Below, piece by piece: positions 1-13,121 of a DNA stretch of 64,000 nucleotides. A program made the translations under genes and the position numbers. Source of the stretch: Octopus vulgaris. Lineage: Eukaryota. The first letter of the stretch is position 1; every line of letters starts with the position of its first letter. A model generated the notes under the pieces. It was not told where the DNA came from. It saw only the letters and a list, made by a program, of their open reading frames with translations, and did no database searches. Where the stretch lies: NCBI GenBank assembly GCA_951406725.2, contig OX597814.1:97774001-97838000 (forward strand), written 5' to 3'.

Positions 1-79
1 TCATGGGTCTTTTTGGAGTTTTTAAAATGTGAGGTATCTGAGGTTTTCTTTGATGTATCACGTTCGGTTTTAGAATTCT
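1..79 (-). CDS. Internal coding exon of unidentified minus-strand gene (continues beyond window)
   Basis: Minus-strand acceptor cttttatttttcaataattcacAG; open phase-1 frame (E)NSKTERDTSKKTSDTSHFKNSKKTH, compatible with the donor of exon 2531-2355. Confidence 0.7.
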
Positions 80-914
80 CTGTGAATTATTGAAAAATAA
101 AAGAAATGTAATGCATGATAATCTTATATTTTACAGGAAAATCAAATAATAAAAAAAATCATTATCATTTAAAGTCCACTTTTCTCTACTTGCAAGAGTC
201 AGACTGAATTTGTTGAGGCAAGCTTTCTACAGCCTGATGCCTTTTCTGTTGCTAACACTCACCTGTTTCCAAATGAGGTAACATTTTTCCATGGCCAGAG
301 AGGGCTAGGAGGAAACAGAAGAGGAAGGAGAGGAGTAAGGAGAGATTAGGCAGCAGCATTGTTTGTTGATGCAGATTTCTAAGTCTAGACATATTCCCAT
401 GAAAGATCGAGACTAATGACACTGTTTGAATGACACTTATTTACATCCCTTGCAAAATGTCAAAACAATCATGTACACACACACACACACACAAAACTAC
501 ATGCGTGTGTGTGTTTAAGCGTGTAGGAGCTTAGTCAATTTAATTTTAATAGCTGCAGAAGGTTGAATGCACAACTCCAACAGGATCCGAACACAGGATG
601 TAAAGAGATATGCCTAAGTTCTCATATTTCAGAAAGACCACCATCTTAATAATGAAATTGGAGCATAGCCACCCACAGACGATCAAATCATGACACTTCA
701 AAATTTCAACATCTCTCTTTCTCTCTTTCAGACAAATATCCTCTTCAAATATTCCACCACAGGGAATAAATAAATAAAATGGATGATCAGATGCTCACTT
801 TTGCCAAATTACAACACACTCACCTTTCATAAAAACTGTTTGAGGACAGAATACCCCCCTCCTAAAATCCTTTTTACTTCCAGAAATGAGGATTGAGATT
901 TTAATAACAATAAT

Positions 915-1930
915 TGTTTCTAGTAAAGGCACAAAAACAAGAAATGTAATGGCAGGGAGCCAATGAATTATGTTAACCCCAGTACTTGACTAGAACATTA
1001 TTTTATTGATATTCTAAGGATGAAAAGCAAAGTTAACTTTCATAGGATTGGAACTCAGAATGTAAACAACCAGAGTACTACAAGGCATTTTCATTCCACT
1101 CATGCGCTAGTAATTTTGCTAATCCTAAATAATAATAGAAATAATTGTTTCTAACATAGGTACAGGGCCTGAACTTTTGGATGAGAAGTTACTTGATAAT
1201 ATTAGTTTTAAATTTTGGCACATGGCCAGCTATTTTAGGAGAGGAGTAAATTTTATTAAATTGACCCCAGTGTTCAACTGGTACTTATTTTATTGACTCC
1301 CAAAAACTGAAAGGCAAAGTAAATCTTGGTGAAATCTGAACTCAGAACTTAAAGATGGACGAAATGCCACTAAGCATTTAGTTTGGTGTGCTAACAATTC
1401 TGCCAGCTAAGGGCCTTTCAAATATGGGTTTCAAATTCTGTCACAAAGTCAGTAGTTTGGGAGGAGGAGCTAAGTCAATTAAATTAACCCCAGTGCTCGA
1501 CTGGTATTTTCCTCAAAAAGATGAAAGGCGAAGTCAACTCCAGCAGAATTTGAACTCAAAATGTAAAGATGAACAAAATGCCAGTAAGCATGCCGACATA
1601 GAAAATCTGCCAAAATGAATTCTGTTTGACCTACATATGGCAAAGTGCACATTAAAATGACAACAATGTTGGTGGTGATAATGACAACAATTATCAACAA
1701 AATTATTAGGGTGTGAGAAAAAAATGTCCAGCATGCTAATGATTTTGCCAACTCACTGCCTTACGGTTACTTGATAATATTGATCCTAATACGTGATTTG
1801 GTATTTTATTTTATCAATCTTGGAAGGAAGAAAGGCAAAACTAATGTTGGTGAGATTTGAACTTACAATGTAAGAAGTTAGAACAAATACTGCAAGGCAT
1901 TTTTTTCTGACACTGTAACAGCTTTGTTGA
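915..1930 (-). mobile_element. Cluster of about 6 degenerate Nin-domain-like tRNA SINE copies, head to tail
   Basis: Repeated gaccccagt...ggtacttattttat...aggatgaaaggcaaagt...ttgaactcagaa units, reverse complement of the family at 24017-24234 and 61629-61852. Confidence 0.7.
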
Positions 1931-2354
1931 TAATTGTTGTTGTCATCATCACCACCAACATAGGTCAAATGGAATTCATTGTGGCACATTTTCTATGTCA
2001 GATGCCATTTCTGTTACCAACCCTCACTTGTTTCAAAACAAAATAGTATTTCCTTGTTTTCATGGAAGGTTGGAAACAAATGGCACCACCTATATGATAG
2101 TGACACTATTTACAACTATCAGGCATAAACGCACACACGACAGGCTTATTTCCATTTCCATATACCAAATCTACTCACAAAGCTTTAGTCAGCCCAGGAC
2201 ATAATAAAAGACACTTGCCCATGATGCCATGCAGTGGGACTGAATCAGAAACCATATAGTTGGGAAGCAAACTGCTTAACCACACAGCCATGCCAGTATC
2301 TTAATAATACTGTGCTTAATAATAACAGTGATAGTAAAACAATTTAATCCTTAC

Positions 2355-2531
2355 CTTCATTGCTATAAGTTTCAATAGAAATTTCACTATCAGCTCGACA
2401 ACCACGAGTTTTATCAATTATCTCTTTTTCAGAACCAGACAATTCATGCTTGGTACCAATTGAAAGAGCAGCAGCAAAAGTAATATGACTTTTAGTCCCT
2501 TCTTTTTCTACAGGCATTTTGTAATATGGTG
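2355..2531 (-). CDS. Coding exon of unidentified minus-strand gene (177 nt, phase 1-1)
   Basis: Acceptor ctttgtatttcAG, donor GTAAGG; open frame (A)PYYKMPVEKEGTKSHITFAAALSIGTKHELSGSEKEIIDKTRGCRADSEISIETYSNE. Translation could instead start at the internal ATG (MPVEK). Confidence 0.8.
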
Positions 2532-4109
2532 CTGAAATACAAAGGAAAAAAGAAGTTCCATGGATAAATTTGTATGAATTTTAATGTGTGTGTGTGTGTG
2601 TATACATACACATACATAAATACGCATGTATATACACATATACATAATGTCATCATCAGTTTAAATGTCTACTTTTCCATACTTACATGGATCAGATGGA
2701 ATTTTTCGTTGGGCAGATTTTCTACAGTTAGATGCCCGTCCTGTTGCCAATCTGCACCTGTTTCCAGGCAAGGTAATATTTCCACAAGACCAGTCAAGGA
2801 AGACAAGAAATGAAGGACACCACTTGCATGATAGTAACACTCATTTACTAACACATATGTCAAAGCAAAGAGGCAGTAATACATGCACATATACATGCAT
2901 ACATACATTACATTTATATATATATAATGGCTTGCTTCAGTTTCCATCAACTAAATCTACTCACAAGGCTTTGGTCAGTCGGGGTACGTAAAGGCACTGG
3001 CCCACAGTGCCATGCATTGGGACTGAACCTAAAACCATGTGGTTTGGAAGCTAGCTTGTTAACACACAGCTATACCCATTTATATAAATATATTGGCATT
3101 AGAAAACCATGCGAAAGTAGACAGAGTTTGGTGCAGTTTTCTGACTTGCCAATTCCTGTGGAATCATCCAACCTGTGCCGGCATGGAAAATGGATATTAA
3201 ATGATGGTGATGATATATATATATATATATATATATATGTTTCTTTATTACTTACATTATCCTGAAATTGTCAAACAGTCACATTCAAAATAGTTCTTTC
3301 TTAATAAAATTAGTGATCTTCTGAATAATAAGGCTTTTAAAACTGCCTGCCCCAAAGCCATGTCATCTGTCATTTAATTGTTCTGTTATTCATACTTCAA
3401 AATTAAAATAGCAATAATAATATCTGATTCTTGGACATAATGCCATTCATGCAGGATGAATTGATTATTATTATTGAGGGTGACAAGCTGGCAGAATCAT
3501 TAGCATGCCAAACAAAATGCTCAGTGACATTCCATCTGGTTTATTGTTCAGAGTCTAAATTCTGTTGCGATTGACTTAGCTTTTTATCCTTTCAGAATTG
3601 ATAAAATAAGTACCAGTTTAGCACTGGAGTTGATGTAACTGACTACCCTACCTGCCTGCAAATTTTCTTCTGGCTTACAAAAAAAGAGTGCAAATAAAAG
3701 AAAAAGGATTTGAGGAGTTGTCTACCAAAACTTCTGTTAAAGACATAAGCAAGTGTCTGCAAAACATTGAGTGAAAGATCCTGTGGTATGTGGGAAAGTT
3801 CCAAAACACTAGAACAGAAATTTTAGGAGAAGCCTTTAAAGGATCCCCATCTTTTTAGCAAAAGATGGAGATCCTTCTCCAAGATCAAGAAATGACTTCC
3901 TTAACTTCTTTCCATCAACTAACATGACTATACACAGACTAGGTTCTGTAAATGAAAATGGACCAATGTCAGCTTAGAATCAATTTCACTCTTTCAATAA
4001 CCTCAGGTCATGAGACATATTCTGGTAGCCATCAGCAAAACTGGTCAAGCCAGGATTGAATGGTAAGTAGGATAATGATTTAAAATTTTTTTCTGAAACT
4101 GAACATGGC

Positions 4110-6321
4110 TAGGGTGACTTGCTATGAGAAATGATGAGAAAGCAGTGACTAGCAGTTCATTTTTTTACAAACTTTCAAAAACCTCCCCCACCAACTAATA
4201 TTTCTATTTTCAAATGTGTCATGCTTACCTTAGTCAAACTCACATTACGTTTGGCATTAGTGCTTCATTCTATTCTATTAGATTTAAAGGATTTTATGAC
4301 TGAAGTTACTTCCTGGTCAAATGCCAATAACGATTTATACAGTTGTAAAAGTTGTTTCACATCTTGAGTAGTATTATTTGTTGTTGAGATAATCCATGAA
4401 TACATTATTCTTTCTATTACAGATATTAAAATATATTGCTTTTAGCTCATTGCTCAGGAACTAGAGAATGTATGGAAAAAATTTGATTTTACCATGTATA
4501 ACATTAAAGTCTATGGTAAGAAATGTAAACACTCTGTTGACAAGGTATGAATACCTATTTGAAACGTCTGAAACCAGGTCAAAATTTTGAAGATTTGTTT
4601 GACATTACTAATCAACATGGCAGCTGATTATCTAAAAAAGACAAAGACTTTTACAGTACACAAATTCAAAGTGGCGGTATAACTGGCTACACCACATCTC
4701 GGTTAGCTATGGTTCATCCTTCAAAATGAACAGCTTCCTCATTAAGAGTGTCAGCTTCAACTTCACAAGCATTTCTGAAGCAGGTAAAGTAACGTGCCTA
4801 AAAAATTACCAAATATCATACATTTTTTTTTTGTATGCATTGATGTCACTCACTAATATGTACCCAACTTCTTGCTCTTGTAGATACATCATCATCATCA
4901 TCATCAACCCCTACTTCTGATACTGCAGATGAAATTACATTACCAATAGATGAACAAGTTGGCACCTCTAAACAACATCATTCAACTCAGAAAGCAATGA
5001 ACTTGCTGAAAAAAAAAGAAATTTAAGCAGCCAATGTCTGCAAACAGCTGAGAGAAGAAGGAGTACTTTTCCCCACTCCATCACAGTCAGGTGTGTACAA
5101 AGGTGCTATGAAAGAGGCTGCAAAGATGAAGCAGGAACTAAAAGAAACTTTAAAATATGACAAGTGGGTGCTCCATTTTGATGGAAAAGTTATGAAGGGT
5201 AAAGAAAGACAAGCTGTTGTAGTGAAAAACAACACAAGAGAAATTAGATTAGAATGGCACTAACTCTGAAGAATGGCAGAGCAGATACCATTTTTCAAAG
5301 ACTAAAGGAAGTTTTAGATGATTACGAATTGTGGCCAGCAATCAAAATGATCATCACAGACACATGTAATGTAAATACAGGAAAGCATACTGGAATGGTC
5401 ATTCAACTGCAGAATGAATTTGTAAAGCGTGGATATCCTGCACCTCAATACATTGGTTGCCAACATCATGTGTTAGAGCGCCTCCTAAAACACGTGATGG
5501 ATGATACACTGAAAGGAAAAACTGCATCACCAAATATACCATATCCGTTCATAGATGATTTAATAGAAAACTATGAGGATTTAGTAGCAGAATGGAAACA
5601 AGTCGAAGCAAAACTTCAAATGGATGATAATTCAGGTTGGAAAGACTGACCTTCAGTTTTGAACTTGGTCATGCTTTCCGGTTTTAGCAGCAACAAAGCA
5701 TTTTCCCATTAACTAAGTTTAGAAACTTCCTAGACTTAGCAATGCACTTTGGAATTCACAAGCGATCTTGGCCATCCTCACATACATACTTCTACCACAA
5801 AGTAGAGAAAAATTCTACAACATGTGTTGTTTTATCAGCAGAAACTGGATGGAAATGTAGTTTTGTTACCAAAGTTTTGACAGCATGGCCTACCAGAAAC
5901 TTTCAGAAGAAGTTTCTGGATATACTAAAGCAAGCAACTGTTTGAAAGTTAATTGGAATCTTAAAGAATCAGTAATTCAAGATGTTCAGTGTTCAAACAT
6001 ATGTGCTGAACATGCAGTAAAATTAATGGAGGAATTAGATTGCAGATCTTCTGAAAAATTAACTCCGTGATTTGTTTTAACCAACAAGGATCTTTGAAAA
6101 CTGCTGTTGTATTAGGCTTCACTTATTACATTAACAATGCATAACAGTACGTCTTATTACTTGAACAATAAACACATGTTCATAGCAAAAATGTTGTCAA
6201 ATATATTGTCATCAGTTTTTTGTGTCAAAGAAAGAAATGATTATGATTTTTTGTCATTATAACATAAAGTTCACCTTCTGGTACCTTGGCCTTACTCAAC
6301 TTGAAAAAAGTCATCACCCTA
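4110..6321 (+). mobile_element. hATm-like DNA transposon with decayed transposase
   Basis: Ends TAGGGTGA...TCACCCTA; flanks ATGGC/ATGGT; transposase motifs WVLHFDGK, DTCNVNTG, GCQHHVLE and SNICAEHAVK; several stops and frameshifts. Confidence 0.8.
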
Positions 6322-6326
6322 ATGGT

Positions 6327-7450
6327 GAGTTGATATTGTTGTTTTGGAACAGCTTGGATCTTGAGATATTTGTGATATTAAGATAAAGGTACGGGATGTA
6401 AACAGAAGTGAAGGTGATGCCTTCAGACTAATAGCTGTCTATGTTGTAAATGGAAAAAGATATCCAGATTTCTTCAAATGTCTAAAAGCAATTTTCGAAC
6501 ATCCTGCTCTTTAGTACTATGGGAAACTGGAATAGCATTTTAGATGCATAGTGGGTTTAAGAGTGGTGTATAAAAACCTCACAAAACTGCTCAGGCAGTT
6601 ACAACTGCCTGCCATGTATCAACTGGATTTCTCAAATGCACCAGTGTAGACAAAGAACCACCACTAGATCATCTAAATTGTATCTAGACAGGGTATTTGT
6701 TACATTGGGGGATAAAGATAGTGCCAAATGTCCAGCTTCAACTGATTGGTTACGCAAACTACAAATTTGTGATCTGCACAGTTAACTTAGAATGCATAGA
6801 CAAGGATACAGCTACTAAGAGATTAATGCATCATTCCCAGTAAGCAAAGCTTACAGTGGCTGGATTAGCAAATTAGTTAAGCAGAAGTTGACAGGAGCAA
6901 CTATTAATAACTGGGTATAGCATTCTAAAGAGAGTGATTATAAAAATAGATCAAGAGAACTAGAGCACAAATGATAAGAGGTGATTAGGAAAAGTATCAT
7001 GACAGATGTGCTAGTGGTGAGACCGGCTCTCAATCGTTTCTTCAAAATGAAACATAAAAGATACATTGTCAGGATTAAGTGCTTGCTCACTTCAATATAC
7101 TATGGTATTTGCATGGCAGTTAAAGCTAATGACCACCAACTGAAACTGCTTTAAATCATATACTCAGTCTACCAAAGATAATTTTCTATATGTACTGAAT
7201 CACAAGTCGCCCCTGTGGAAACTGGCAATGCTGAGAAACATCTGATTTGAACAGTGATGCAGAACTGTTTCTACATATATGGATAACATCACCATAATGG
7301 TATCAGACACTACAGATGTTATGGTAATAGACACCATTCTAAAGAAATATGAGTAACCCTAAGAAATCAGTGGGCTTGTCATCTGGCACCTAGAGAAACA
7401 ATGAACAGGAACTGAGACAAGGTTATGAATAATCTATCTCACACAGAAAT
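6327..7450 (+). mobile_element. Highly decayed L1/Tx1-like LINE remnant (APE endonuclease region)
   Basis: Residual motifs FRLIAVY, GNWNSILD and LYLDRVF in broken frames; the hAT element appears to have inserted into it. Confidence 0.45.
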
Positions 7451-8460
7451 GGGCTGAGTAGGGAAAGGTTGGACAGAGGTGATAAATATGTAAAATGCAT
7501 CTGTTGAATATTACTAACCAATTATGTACAGGTGCGACTGTGTGGTTAAGAAACTTGCTTCCCAACCATGTGATCCAAGGTTCAGTCCCTCTCTCAGTAT
7601 CTACTTGTCAGCATTTTGCCCATCTTTATGTTATGAGATCAAATTCTACCAAGGCCTATTTTGCCTTTCATCCTTTTGGGATCAATAAATAAAGTACCAG
7701 TTGAGTACTGGGACTGATGTAATCAACTTAACCCTTCCCCAAAAATTTCAGGTCTTATGCCTATAGTAGAATGGATTGTTATTATTATTATTATTATTCA
7801 TCGTGTAGGTTTTAATATCCAACTCAGTCATTTACTAAGACCAACCACAGAGAGGGGGCTGTGGAAATGAAATAAACTAAAAGTAACACTAATGGTGACA
7901 CCTCCCAGAATGGCTACAGGCAAAGGTTGGAACAGTAAAAAGAGTAAGAATCATTTATATCTAAACAAGTGGTCTGACAAAGATTTTGGTACAATTTCTG
8001 ACTTTCTCATTTGAACCATAGAATATTCCATATAAGGAGCCATCTGTTGCCAGCACTTGTCTCAATTAACGTCTGGCAGATTGGGAGGTCAACTATCTTG
8101 GCTCCAAGTAATTTTATATGCTACAGTATATATCTTCCTCATTCATCAGCCAAATATTTAGCATTTCTCTTACTTTGTGATTAACCACAGATGCTATTTT
8201 GAGCCATGTTCATACAATGTTGGTCTGGGACTAAAATGTCTGGTTTCCCAGGGGAGCAAAATAGTTTTAAAGTTCAAGCCTGAACCCATCCTACAACTGA
8301 TGATAGCCTTTAGACAAGAGATGTCCAAACATCTGGATTGTAACTTAAGAATTGACTCATACGTGTAGACAAGGTTTCATTATTATTATTATATTAATAT
8401 CAAATTTCAGAATGAAGTAAAGAAGTTGAAGAAAATTCAAGTTGGTTGTGTCCTATCGGG

Positions 8461-8565
8461 ATTGCTTTCTGAGATTCGCCAACACTACATTACTGCATAT
8501 ACTCTGACAAGTTGTGGTGCACCTGAGCACTGTATACAATAATTTCATTATTATTATTATTATTA
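8461..8565 (+). mobile_element. Short 3' end of a CR1-type LINE related to the 53.2-56.1 kb element
   Basis: Shares gtgcacctgagcactgta(t/c)acaa stem-loop, the (ATT)n tail and the last codons of the ORF with 55970-56080. Confidence 0.8.
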
Positions 8566-9329
8566 TATAGCATGCACAGCTGACAAAATCCAGCAACAAC
8601 CAATCAAAATGTAGTCCAGTAAGTGCAAATTTTGGCCATCATATCTGTTATAACAAGAATTGGATAAGAAATTTTATAATACCTACATGGCTATTGGTAT
8701 AACACTATTGTGTTGATTTTTTTTTTAATCTTATATCAATAATTCTTGAATAAGCCAGTAACTCTACAGCTCTCCAGATAAGAAGGAACAGAATTACCAT
8801 GTACATATTAATCAACTTCAATTTAGTCAACTAAAGGTGTGTTTTACAAGGCAATGTCTTATGTATTTACAGACAAATATATATTACATACACAACAAAA
8901 ATGCATGTAAAATATGTACTAAAATCCAATGAACAATAAAAATGTGTTGTACAAAATCCAACAATTTGAAATGATATGTAATGAGTGGTGAAGAGGATGA
9001 TAAAAATCTACAAGCAATTAATTTAATATGGCATGAAGATTGGATGTTGATTACCACAGAGAGAATTCAGGTGATGACAGTTAAGAAAATAATCAATAAT
9101 CAGGACAAAAACAGAGTCACATTAGATGTGGCTCCAACTGCATTGCTTCGATATAATGAGGGATCTTATTCACTGACTGTAGATGAAAAGAGTAAGTGTC
9201 AAAGTGAAAATTATCACATCCCACAGTTTAAAGAATATCCTTGCTGAAGTCTTTAAAGTTTATTTTGATATCTCTGTAGCCAAGTGTACATCAGAATGTT
9301 TCTAAAATTTAGTTATGTGTAAAGTTTAT

Positions 9330-10600
9330 TTGCAAGACTGGAAAAGTGCAATCATAAAGTTAGATTTTTTTATGGTTCCTATTAGAATCATCTAGATGAA
9401 TGATGCCACAAAAAATTTGGCCATTAACCTCTTCAATCATTTCTACTATGCTAGAGAGGTACATACTCAACCTCTGCCATTATTATGGATGTGCTGTCCC
9501 AAATTTTAAACTCTAATGCTTTTTAGAATAGAGATAGTCATTACAACAGCCATAAACTTTGCATTTATGGAGTTAGTGGATGCCTCCGAATTAGTGAATA
9601 ATTAAGCTACTGTAGAGTAGTATGGAAACGGATGGTAAGACACTGAAACTACTCAAGCAAAAAAGTATATCAATAATTCTAGCAATTGACCAAAAACAGA
9701 ACAAAGAAGTAAGGAATATGTTTATGGTCTAAGTGGTGTTCAACAAAGTTGTACATTACTGCTGACTGTATTCAACCTTATGACTCACTGGAAGCCATTT
9801 ACAGCTTAAGCTGAATACTATAGAGTTCGCCAGGGACCTTGATGATGTCAGCAACATTATTCTCCTGAGCTTGTCTTAATGCTGATCTTCTGGTCATATC
9901 AGATGAGCTCAAGAATGTTTCAAGGTAAATTAAACCTGAAAATCAAAGCAATCCAAACCAATATCCTGTTAATTGTCTTTACATCATCATCATCATCGTT
10001 TAACGTCTGCTTTCCATGCTAGCATGGGTTGGACGATTTTACTGAGGTCTGGCAAACCAGATGGCTGCACCAGGCTCCAATCTGATCTGTCAAAGTTTCT
10101 ACAGCTGGATGCCCTTCCTAATGCCAACCACTCCTAGTGTGTAGTGGGTGCTTTTACGTGCCACCGGCACGAGGGCCAGTCAGGCAGTACTGGCAACGGC
10201 CATGCTCAAATGGTGCTTTTTATGTGCCACCTGCACAGGAGCCAGTCCAGCTGTACTGGTAAACGACCTCGCTCGAATGTTTTTTCCCGTGCCTCCAGCA
10301 CAAGTGCCAGTAAGGCGCAGGTTACAATCAGGCTCAAATGGTGCTTTTTACATGCCACCGGCACGGAAGCCAGTTTGTTGCACTGGCAACGATCATGCTC
10401 GAATGGCAAGTGAATATAAATGCATTCTCACAATTACTAATATTCATTTAAGAGAAGCACAACAATTTGTGAAACTGGATCCTTTTTCATGCTAACTTTT
10501 TAAATCAAAGCATGAAAATGAGAGTTGCATCAATGTAGCTCATATTACCCACTGAAAGTTCTGCTCAAAATCCAGTGACTCCTAATCACTGATAATTCTC
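9330..10600 (+). mobile_element. Decayed RTE-like RT remnant, interrupted by a younger RTE 3' end
   Basis: Residual GVQQSC, DLDDV and FVKLDP motifs resembling GVRQGC, DLDYADD and FxYLGS; heavily mutated. Confidence 0.4.
9981..10408 (-). mobile_element. RTE LINE 3' UTR fragment with (GAT)n tail
   Basis: catcatcatcgtttaacgtc...ccatgctagcatgggttggacg terminus, same family as the 3' end of the RTE at 49268-51507. Confidence 0.8.
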
Positions 10601-12559
10601 CTCGGTAGCTATGAAATTTGAACTTTCTCTGGATTGAGGACCCCTGTCACCTGAAGGTATTTCACAATTAGTGCCTGAGAATAATACAATGTATTTACCA
10701 CACTGACAAGTGTGAATGTAATTTCCAAGTATGTAGCTCAGGGAAGAGAAGAGTCATTATCTACATTGGTTTGGTAACCATGTTGACATTCAACACTTTT
10801 GTTCAAGCTGCATTATTCCAACTCTGTGCTTGAATTAACAGAGATATTGTGTTGGGCAAGTGAACAAATGGCTACAGGTCATCAAGAAAGATTTTGCATT
10901 AATCAGGGCTTTAATAACCAGCCTCAAGTGCTGGAGCAAGTACTGGTTTTGAATTAGGGTCTAAGCCACAAACAGATGGCAGTGGATGGCAGTTCTTGTT
11001 TAACATTAAATTAGACCTGACTGACCAAACTTATAATCAAGAGTACTCCAGCCATGATCATCCCATCTAATTCTTTTTTTTTTTTCAGACAGTCCATCTA
11101 AACCAACATTATCCAATGTGTCCTTCCATTTCAGATTGTAGGGAGTTACTTAACATAAATTCAGCTGCTTTTTCTAACATGTCAAGTGACTATGTAGAGG
11201 TTTTTTCAGTGGCTAAAGTTTAACAACTATTCCATGTGCAAGTCCATGTGAAAGAACTTGGCTAAGCTTGCAATACTAAGTAACATGTAAAAGCTTTAAT
11301 ATTAAACAATTCAATACAGTCACCAGTTAATTTATTTTTCATGGCTTAAGATGTGTCAAATGAGCTTAGAAGTGAGGAGCAAAGCCATTGTAGTAGGGAT
11401 AGGTAAGGTAGGAAAAATGACAGTATTTGTTTATGGGTCTTACTTGAACTTTGTAATAGTCCAAGTATTAATCAGTGCAGACATATTTTCTGGTCTTGAA
11501 AATAAAGGTTACCTTTGGGAAAGTTTCTGCTATGTTATGTATGTGAGGTCATCTGGAAAAATCATAAGTGTTTATAAGGCCAGGTATTTGTGGCAACTTC
11601 TAAGATTTTAATTGCATGAAATTAATGCCATTCAGAAGAAAAGGTACAAAATTTTCTCAATAAGAGAAGTGATTTTATCTTTAAGAGAGACAGGATTGTT
11701 CATCTAACAGGTGTCAGCATGGGATGTATATAATAAAACAATAAAGATGACAATGAAATTACTGACATACATGGTTGAAAGAATAAATCTCACAATAATT
11801 TAACTTGAAATGCAATATTAGCAATGCACATATTGAAGTATTTAACACATTTCTTTTCAGTTTCAACCCTTTCACTGTAGAAATCAGATATATCCTCTAA
11901 AAATTTCATTACCCCGAACTGCAGAAAGCAATTATCTTTTGTTGAGGAATGTCGTTTGATACTACTTTTTGTTGAGATAAGTCAAGTTTGAGGCAACGTA
12001 ACATGCTGAAAATACCAATTTTATATTTTGGTACATATTTTAACATCATTACTGGAATAACCATTAAACTTATTTCGCAGTTAATGAGTTAATAGCTCAT
12101 TTACAACATCCAATCGCAGTTCGTTTGAGATTGATTACAAACAGATCCACAAGTTAATTTGTATGAAAACCCAATTTTACTCTACTGGGAAATGTCCAGA
12201 CATATATATATAATCTACTATTATTGGAATGCAACATAATTTCACTTAAATTTATCACTCATCGTTCCAATCTTCAAGTTCCTCCGACTATGCACTTAAA
12301 GCATGTAAATATCCAGTTCTAATCTATGGAGAATAGAAAGTGCATACTATCTACCAATACTGATTAATGATTTTTCTATCTTTAGGCAATAAGTCATTGA
12401 TATTTTCCAACTGCTGGTTGTAGGCTCAAGGTATTTAATATCATCACCTGTCATCTTTAGTAGAGTCCATTCGGTTGCAAGAATATGGACAAGGTCTTCG
12501 GATTGAAGGTAATTTCTCTCCTACCTTCCACAAGTAGCGGCCCTGTAAAGGGTCATGAG

Positions 12560-13121
12560 CACTACTCTACTCGACTAAAGATTGAAAAATAGCGGTTAAT
12601 ATCTAGATCCGCACCCGGTGGGGAAAATGAGATCCGCACCCGGTGGGAAAAATGGAAACGAAAATGTGTAACAGGTGTAAGGCATCGTATATTGAAGGAA
12701 TATGACGAAAAAAAGCGCGCTGACAAACGGGGGGGGGGCTCGGAAAATTGCCTACGATTTAAAGAAAAATTTACCATCAATTTTCACCATTTTAAACGCA
12801 TTTCACACACATAGCCCAATGTCATAATTCAAAACTAACGCAGCGAAAATTTTGAAAAGTTCCCCCAGTTCTGAAAAAATCGATAAATTCGACATGGGGT
12901 CGCGAATCAGAAACACAATGGTGAAAATTGATGGTAAATTTTTCTTTAAATCGTAGGCAATTTTCCGAGCCCCCTCCCCCCCCCGTTTGTCAGCGCGCTT
13001 TTTTTTCGTCATATTCCTTCAATATACGATGCCTTACACCTGTTACACTTCAAACAAAAATATAGGTTTAAGAGATCGCAAAAAATTACACACTTCAAAC
13101 AAAAATATAGGTTTAAGAGAT
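12560..13121. mobile_element. Helitron-related element with a long internal inverted repeat
   Basis: Arms 12666-12791 and 12917-13048 are exact reverse complements except for homopolymer lengths; 26-bp direct repeat at about 12605-12655 and about 30-bp direct repeat at 13045-13121; shares ctacgatttaaa(g)aaaaatttacca with the Helitron at 27676-28096. Confidence 0.65.
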
